Below, piece by piece: positions 52,101 to 61,100 of a DNA stretch of 64,000 bases. The position numbers were made by a program, and so were the translations under genes. How positions within the stretch are numbered: position 1 is the first letter of the stretch; each line of letters opens with the position of its first letter. Source of the DNA: Laetmonice hystrix (taxonomy: Eukaryota); NCBI GenBank assembly GCA_965235115.1, contig OZ249438.1:27776001-27840000 (forward strand), given 5' to 3'. The notes beneath the pieces were generated by a model, which had not been told where the DNA came from, ran no database searches, and saw nothing but the letters and a program-made list of their open reading frames with translations.

Positions 52101-55100
52101 CTTCTCCAGGCGTTCCATGGTATCATCATAGACCTCCCACTGTGCCGCTGCTACCTCTAGCTCTGTCTTACCATCAGTCATCCGTCCTATCATGTCATCC
52201 CACGTACACTGCAGCTTGTGCAGCTCACTGCGAATCTCGTCTTTACCCAGCGGCGCAGTGTTTGGTAAGACAAGCTGAGATTGGTCGATCACTGCTTGCA
52301 GTTTCTGGTATCCATCATCCCTCATAGCCACTAGCTCTGCCAACTTACCCAGCTTGTTGTTGATAGCGTACTTGTCTCCAGTATCAGAGGTACAAGCTGC
52401 TAGACGCTGGAGGACATCATCCTGCCATGCGGTACACTCCTGTTGAGTGTTCTCATACAGCTCTACATCAACAACATATTGCTCCCATCGACGCACCATC
52501 TCCTGCGAAAATATTACCAGCAAAAAAAGTTTAAAACCAAACACTTGCAAATATAACAATTACTCTTAACCACATGTGTCATAAATTAAAACTCTAACAT
52601 GACGTTCTTGTCTATAAATATGACATCCCCAGCCACATTCAGCTTTCATTTTGTGTATATAGAGTTAGTGTTTGTTCTGGTAGGTGAGCTTACCTTAATG
52701 TTAACTGTGAGAGTCTGGTAGCGGGAGGCGAGATGGGCAGCCTGGCTGCTGACCCGAGTGTCACCAGCCACGTGAGCCACAGCCTGAGCACGGTCTATCA
52801 TCTCGTCAATGTCTGCCTGGTGTCCAATGACGTCATCCAGTAACACCTAGCAACCAGCAACAATCACAACATTTTACCCTCTGCAGTTTAACTTATCTCA
52901 CACTATAATTATGATTTGGACCTCATCTTGTTTTTATTATTTCTCTTTTCTTACTTACTTTTAAAAATGATTTAATATCTAATATTTGGTAGGTGGAACT
53001 GACCCTCAGTTTCTCTAATTGTTCTTTCTTCTCTTTCTGTGTACTTTTCAGGTCCACCTCCTTGGCCTTGACCTCTGTGTCTTTGATCCAGGAAGCACAC
53101 CCCTCATGGGAATCCTCAAACTCTTTCCACCTCTGGATGCACTTCTCAAGGTCATCCTTTGTCTGTTCGCATGTATGGAATGGTGACCAAATATTGAAAT
53201 CTTTGTTTCTTCAACATTACTGAGATAGAAAGTGTGGCCTTCCTTGATCACAATCTATATATTTACTGGTTTTAGGAGATTACGCAGTTCCAATGTTAAT
53301 CAGTATTAATCTAGATTTTAAAATGAAGTATGCAAGACTTGAAAATGTAGCTACAAAAAACCAACAAGAGGAATCTACTACACAGAGAATAATGCACAAA
53401 TTCATCCTTAATTTTAAGACAACAATAATTCAGCTACGGAAAAGAATTAAGAAAAAATTCAAACTTTCATAACTTTATAACTGGAACGTTGAGAACAATT
53501 TAATAGATCAACCAAAGAATCAGCTTTTATCTCAGTACATGGCTAATGAAGACTGTTCAGTTACCACTTCTAGACCTGCCATCACTAAACTCTGGAAATA
53601 AACTATTCCTGGCGACTGAAAAGTAAACATATTCTAATTCATAATCTGTTTCAGACCGATTTTCTCTCGTGCACAATACTTTATGCCAAGTTATGGAAGG
53701 CTAATCTTGCCCTGTGATGATGAAACATCTCACCTGTTGAAGAGTGGACAGGAAGTTGTCCCAGTCTGTGCGGAGAGTGTCAACATCTCGTAATAAAGTC
53801 TCCTTGCCGTGGGGTGCCGTGTTCACCATCACACGCTCACTAAGATGTACGACGGTCGCAACACGAGGCTCACCTTGAGCACGAGTCTGATCAATGTCCT
53901 ACAAATATTGACATCATCCTGGTCAGCTTTTCTCTACTCACATGGAGAATGTACGTATGGGATAAAAAGAATATACATTTTATTGCAATCAGTGAAAAAA
54001 AGGAAACCTTTATTGCAGTAATTTATGCATTAATGATCCAAACATAAACTTGGTAACAATGATCTGATACAAAGTTAACTCTGCTGGACTTGCCCAAACA
54101 AATTCGTTGAAGTTGCAGTTTTTACAGATCCATCCATTGCAGTTACTGGTGAACATTAGTACAACAATAACACACTCTTGAACCCGTTACTTCAGGCTCC
54201 TTAGATGGAGTGGATGATCCATATTTTATATTCTTTGAAAAAAGTTGTATGCAGTGTCACACTCATTCCATGAATTCTAGTATTAATCTAACCATAATGA
54301 TAAAATAAATTCACGGGTCTTTTAGCTACATTCTCATCAATGAATCAATAAATACAATAAAAAAAATTAGTTCATTTTGCAAAGACAAGTCAAGCTTATT
54401 TACAGTGGAAGAGAAAATCAGTTGAAAGTATTCAGCTATTAAACTCTGCCTTTATCTTTGTATGACTTACACAACGTCTCTGTTGTAGACAGGAAATATA
54501 AGCAAGATGGGTATTAGGTACGCAGGACAAAGTGTCAACCGGGTGCTGAGTGAAACGGTCATGGTCACTTTATGTTATCAAATACTTTTTAAATTATGTT
54601 CATCTGAATATGCAATCTTAGTGTCGAGAAATAAACGACATGGATTTATCTTAAATAAGGAAGAAAAGAAAGGGTAGTAAAACAAATTAAGTAAATAACA
54701 ACAAAACAAAAACATGTTATTATGAGTAAATAATAAATAACAAAATTACCTGCAATCTATCCAGCCGGTTTTGGACAGTATGCCTGTCCCCAGACACATC
54801 ATTGCAGAGTGCGAGTTTTTCTCGGAGAACTCCAACCCACTCCACACAATCAGTATGGGCATTGTGAAACTGTTGGTGATCCTGGACATAGGCTTCGTAC
54901 CTCGCCACGTGATCCTGCATTGAAAACGACACTTAGGTGAATCTACCTCAGGAAATGATAATGGCTTGTCAAATATTTATTTACATCAGATAGGAATGCA
55001 TTGGATAGTATCCTATCCAATGCCACATAACGCACAGTTCAACTAGTATGTCTGTACCCTGTCAAGTAGAGGGACACTCGAGACTCACCCTGGCGTTGGA

Positions 55101-58100
55101 GCAGAGCTGTTTGTATCGATCATTGACTGATGTCATCTGAGCCTTGAGTCGGGGGTCAGAGCTGGTGTGTACCAAGGACTGTGCCTTGTCACCGATGCTA
55201 TCAATGACCCGCTGGTAGGACAATACATCCTGCATGAGGTTCTGAAACCAAACAAACCAAAACCATCAAGTTCCCAACTAAACGCTGCCTGATGAGCTGG
55301 TTTCTGAGAATGACTCAGCTAAACATTCACTTTATATTTAAAACTAGTAGGCCAGAACTGGTTAGGATCTTTACTATGAATCTGTACCTTATACGTCTGG
55401 AGCTGAGCCTTCTTCTCCTCCAAGGTTGACTTCAAGGGTAAGTCGTCCTTCAGCTGAACTTCCATATTACGCAGCCAAGTCTCCAAAGCTGTAGAACTGT
55501 CCTCGTATGATGCCCACTGTACCAGGCTGACCTCCAGATGGCGCTGTGAGCTCAGTATATCATCATAGAGCGTGTCCCACTCTGTCTTCAATGTACGAAG
55601 CTCCTGTCGTACAACCTCTCGTCCGTCGGCAGCAGTGTTGGCGTAGAGTTTTTCTCCCGCCTCCATTGCCGCAGTTAACCTCTGGGACCCGGCCTCCTTC
55701 TCCATGACTAAGTCATGGATGGTGGACTGCTTTGTCTCGAGATCGTCCTTATTGGTAGACAGAGACTCGGTCATAGCATAGCGATCCTTCGATGACTGTA
55801 ACCATGATGACGCCTCTCTAAAGTTGGCCTGGTACGTCTCATGGTCGGTAACGTTCTGTTCACATTTCTTCAGGATCTCCTGCAATGTGAGACAATAACA
55901 AACTCAGCGCACTGCCTTTCAACTACTGCAGTCAACTTACATTTCCTCTAACAGTATTTGGACCAAATTTACTAAATGTAATTCTTCCCATGCAAGGAGA
56001 ACAATGGGGTGAGCAGAGAAAACTTGCTTTGTTTGATCATGAAATTTTCAAAAGGATATTTCAGGCAAAAACGTTTCTTCCTAAAGTCTCTAATAAATCC
56101 CTGTACCTTTGTAGAAGTCAGTAGTGTCTGGTAGCGCGTACTGAGTTGGGCTCCATAGGTCGAAACACGTGGCTCGGAGGTCACCTGTGTCAGGACCTGT
56201 GCCTGGTCACCAAAGTCTTCCACCAGCGACTGCTTACTCTTCACACTCGAGAAGAGGTCCTAACAAACATCAGACAGATTATACAGAATGTACATCAAAA
56301 TAAGTTTTGTGATAATTTTACATTAAAGAGGATGTTATTTCATATCTGTCTATTCTCGACGCCATCAACTCTGTGACTTAACGGCAATTATTCCTCTTTA
56401 ATCACTTCTTAACTTGTATTGGGAAATACACTTGGAGATTTCTCAAAGACAGAATAGGTGGAACACATCAAGTCAATACTGGCTAAACATCATGTCAACT
56501 ACACAATCTTGAGGCGTTACCACTCAGACAACCACCGCAGATTTAGACACGGATGGCACATGTCAACTACACAATCTTGAGGCGTTACCACTCAGACAAC
56601 CACCGCAGATTTAGACACGGATGGCACATGTCAACTACACAATCTTGAGGCGTTACCACTCAGACAACCACCGCAGATTTAGACACGGATGGCACATGCA
56701 TATTCGTGCATGCCTGCACAGTTGGTCTGGAATACCGCATTGGGTGTGTAATATTGAGGAAAGCAAGCCCACGCCCATTGGTCATTTAGGAGTTTCCATG
56801 GTAACCAAAGCTACAAGGTGGGTCTAGGGTAGATTTGTCTACATGCTGAAGTTGTGAGACAGAGATCAACACGAGGTGGCTAACCATATCTATTGTTATA
56901 GCACAGGATGGCTGGGTGAGAGGAATGGGGTTGATGGGTACACAATGCATCCTTGTGCCTGATGGCCTGGAGGGCGAGCACTGAGCAGTGGAGGTTTACC
57001 GTGTTAAAGGCTGAGGAGTGTTGGGGGGTGGGGGCAGGCACCGAATGAAACGAGTACTTTATGCGACCTTTACATATTTGCTTGTGAGATTTCTTAGTGA
57101 TTCTTCTCACACACACGCCTCGAGTTATACCAGTATTGGGCTGGTGCTCCCTGCCAGAGTTCACTAATGCCTGCCCCTCGCCCCACTGTAAGCGGATATC
57201 TGCGGCGATCATTTGTTATTGCCTTACATGTTCCTTTGACACCAGAGCCTCCACAGGCTCTGAGTGATTATCTTCATCTTCTAGAATTTCCTACAGAACA
57301 AAGGAATTAATCCACTAACGTCACCTTTTATTGTCTTGATCACTTCAATCAAACTGTCAGGAATAATCATTTACACTGACACATTTATTGAGAAATCATG
57401 GCAGGTTGATCATATTGAGTGAATCAATGTACAGAGATACTGGTGGGGAAACACTTATCAAGTGGTGGTTTCAGAAGGATTCTGACTGATCTGGAGTTTG
57501 TATGACCTTACAGGGAGAAACATCGTGGGTGAATCAAAAGGATATGACTATAAACAGAATTTATCTGACTGCAACATTTGAACTTATCCAATGGGGGGAT
57601 AATTACAGTCTTTTCTTAGGATCAGGAGTCGGATTTTTAACTATCTTTTCTGATTCAATTACAAATAATCATAGATAAATACACATTAGTCATTACCTGG
57701 TACTTTTTCAACTGTGACCGTTTGTCTTCCAAGGTTGACACCAAGCCGAAGTCCTTGACCTTGCGCTCCGTGTCTTTGAGCCAGGTGAGAAGGGTATCGT
57801 AGGCAGAGTCATAATGCTGCCATTGGTCAAGCGCCGTTACAAGTTTGTCCTTGGCATCCTCAATGTCAGACTGACAGCTTGACCAATCAGAACTGAGGTC
57901 TTCCACTTCCTGCTGGATGGTGGCACGTCCCTCGTGGCCTGTGTTGACCAAAGTGTTTTCTGCTGCACGCAGACACTGGGATACCTTAGTGCTGCCATCT
58001 GGTAGAGAGTTCTCCAAGTCCTATCAACATCGACCACATAATATATAACAATCTTAGACCTATCGAGATACCCTAACCTTACGACTGGAATAAAAAGAAG

Positions 58101-61100
58101 ATACAAAAACCATGTAAAATTGGTGTTTCTTTGAACTGACCTGAATCCTGTCCAGTTTGTTTGTCAGAGTGTGTTTATCCCCAGTAACATCGACACAGGT
58201 CGCTACGCGCTCACGGACCACAGCCAGCCAATCACACGCTGCTTGATGTGCATCCTGGTACTGAACATGTTCCATGACACATCTCTCGGACTTCTGGATT
58301 GCTTCCTGGAATTTGTACAAAATCTTCTGTTAATTGTGTAATTTATTTTAATATACAGTCTGAGATAAGACAGCTAAGATGAGGAGGTGCTGGACCTACC
58401 ATAAAGGTATAACTAATGGTATGTTTACCTTGGCCTCAGTCAGGAGAGCACCATATCTGTCTGATGTTTCACTGATGACCGTGTTCAGACGACCATCACC
58501 AGACTGCGCTGCCAGTCCTCTCGCCTTGTCAAGCACGTTGTCAATAACACGTCGGTGAGAGTTGACGTCTTGTACCAACGCCTGTAACCAAAAGTGAACA
58601 TGTCCTCACAATCATTGTCAAATCAAGCCTTAATTTAAATAAGATTACATCTGCAGATGCTCATTCCAGGCTTAGAAAAATTCATAGCTTTACCTTTTTC
58701 AACATCTGAATATCACTTTCCATCTGCTAATAATTTTTAAATCCTCTGATATATTAATGACGAAATAAGATAAGATTTTCTAAGCTCCAACTGACCTTGT
58801 TATTCTGGAGTTGGGACCTTTTCTCTTGGAGCGTGTTGCGGAGGTCAGTATCAGTTCGCACCCATGTCTCCACCTCTAGCATCCACTTCTCCAAGTTCTC
58901 TTGCCCCTCCCGGAAGGCTGCCCATTGGTTGCTCACGTTGTCATGGCGACGCTGTAACTCATTGAGATCACCAAGGAGACTGTCCCAAACATCCTTGGCT
59001 GTTCGCAGCTGTTGGCGGATACGTTCACGTCCTGCAGAGGCTGTGTCTGGATACAGTTTCTCACCGGCCTCAATGGCCGTGTTCAACTTCTCCAGGCCAA
59101 CCTCTTTGTCTGCCAGCAGAACCTGTACACAACACAATCACTCAACTTATGAGGGCTAGTGTAAACTACTGGAAACATAACAAACACCTTCATTGCTAGT
59201 GTCATCCGAGGTTCTAATACATATTAGATGGGAATTCTTGTGAGATCCCTTCACCATCTAGTGGCTGATCTATTCATGCTTTCCTCCTTCCTCACAATGA
59301 CTCAACTAGCCTACATCCAGCAGGATTTTTTAACAGATCCAGACAAGATGAGTCCAATATTCTTGATTGCTTCTTTTACCTGCAGGGCTTCCTTTCGTTC
59401 CTCCATGGCATCTGGATCATTAGTCATTTCGCTGTAGCTGTCTCGTCTTTCTTTGGCTTCCCTAAGCCACTGTGTAAAGCTGTGGTACTTTTCACGATAA
59501 GCCTGGTGCTCTGATGCATAGCGAGTCCATTTGGTTATCAATTCCTAGAAAGATAGAGGTAAATAATATACTTTTTAAATCATATATCGGGTGGATAAAA
59601 AAAAACGCCCCGAACTTTAAACTTCAATATTTCAAAAAGTAATGACTGTAATTCAATGAAATTTTTCTTAATATCCCTTAATGGTGTTGTCTCTTAGTTG
59701 TTAATGTTACAACTCAATAGCTTGGATAATATTTCCGTGGGGCTAAAAACAAAAATCATTGTACAAAAGCGCAATGCCGGGCTAAAGCAAGTTGTAGTTG
59801 CACCCGGAATCATGGCCTCACACTAGAGTAGGTGGTCAATCAGTCCCCCGTTTTCACTCCATACTGCTCCCAGTCTCTTTTTTCATGAGCCAATGCACTT
59901 CCTGATCTCTGATAGGGAAATATCTTCCCAACATTGGGAAATACGCAACGTTCTGAATGTGTTGCTAAACGTGATAATGATACGATTTCCCTTGAACTTC
60001 TCGTTACAGTCATATCGTCCTAATGTTGCAGTTTCTCTGTAGGGTTTGGCACATTAAACATCTGTTTTTCTCTAAAAGTACTAAGAATAGCACATATTTT
60101 ATTATATCTAGTGGTCCACAACATGATACATATTGTAAAACATGCAAAAACTAAATATTGAAATTCCTTTTACCCAAGTTACAACGCGGTGCATCAAGCA
60201 GGTGTCAAATTGGACACCTGGTAGCTGCACGATATTTGACCTAATTCCGGCATTGCGTTTTTAGACACTGATTTTTGTTTTTAGCACCACGGGATTAATA
60301 TCAAAGCTATTGATCTGAAACTTTAACATACCAGAGATAATAGCATGAAATGATATTAAGAGAAATTTTATTGAATTATAATGCATAGTTTTTTAAATAT
60401 TAAAATTTAAATTTCGGGGCGTTTTTTTTATCCACCCGATATAAAGAAGCACAGGTTCACTGTAATGCTTCTGTGCAAACCTAAGCCATTTTTAGGCTTC
60501 TTACAGGCAGTAGAAGAATATGTGACCCTGATCAAATGTTTTCTTTCCCTTCTCTGACACTGAATCTCTTACACTGATGCCATATTCTGCATGAAGACAC
60601 GTGGTGTGTGATTGGAGGTCAGCGTGATCTTACCTTGACCGTGTCCTGTAGGGTCTGGTAGCGAGTCTGAGTTTGTGTCGTCAGGGTTGTGAGACGAGGA
60701 TCATTGCTGGACTCAGCGAGAGATGTTGCTCTTTCTACCACCGTCTCAACCTCAGCTTCATAGTCCTCAATCTCCGACTTGATATTCTGGAATTTTAATG
60801 GGCAAGAGCTAGAGACATTATTAACAGGACTTGAATACTGGAGGTAACAATACAAGGCATTTTTAACCATCCGTTCTTACATCTGTGATTCCCAACACTG
60901 GCCAAAACCTTTTCAAGTCAATTTATTATGATGACCAGTTTCCTACCTTTAATTTTTCCACCTGGCCGACCTTTTCTTCTAAAGTCGCCTTCAGTTCATG
61001 TTCCTTGACCTGCTGTTCTTTCATCCTAAGCCACTGTCCAAGAGCATTATGGGAGTCCTCAAAGTCCCGCCACGCATTGAGCGCCCTCTGTAGGGCCTGC

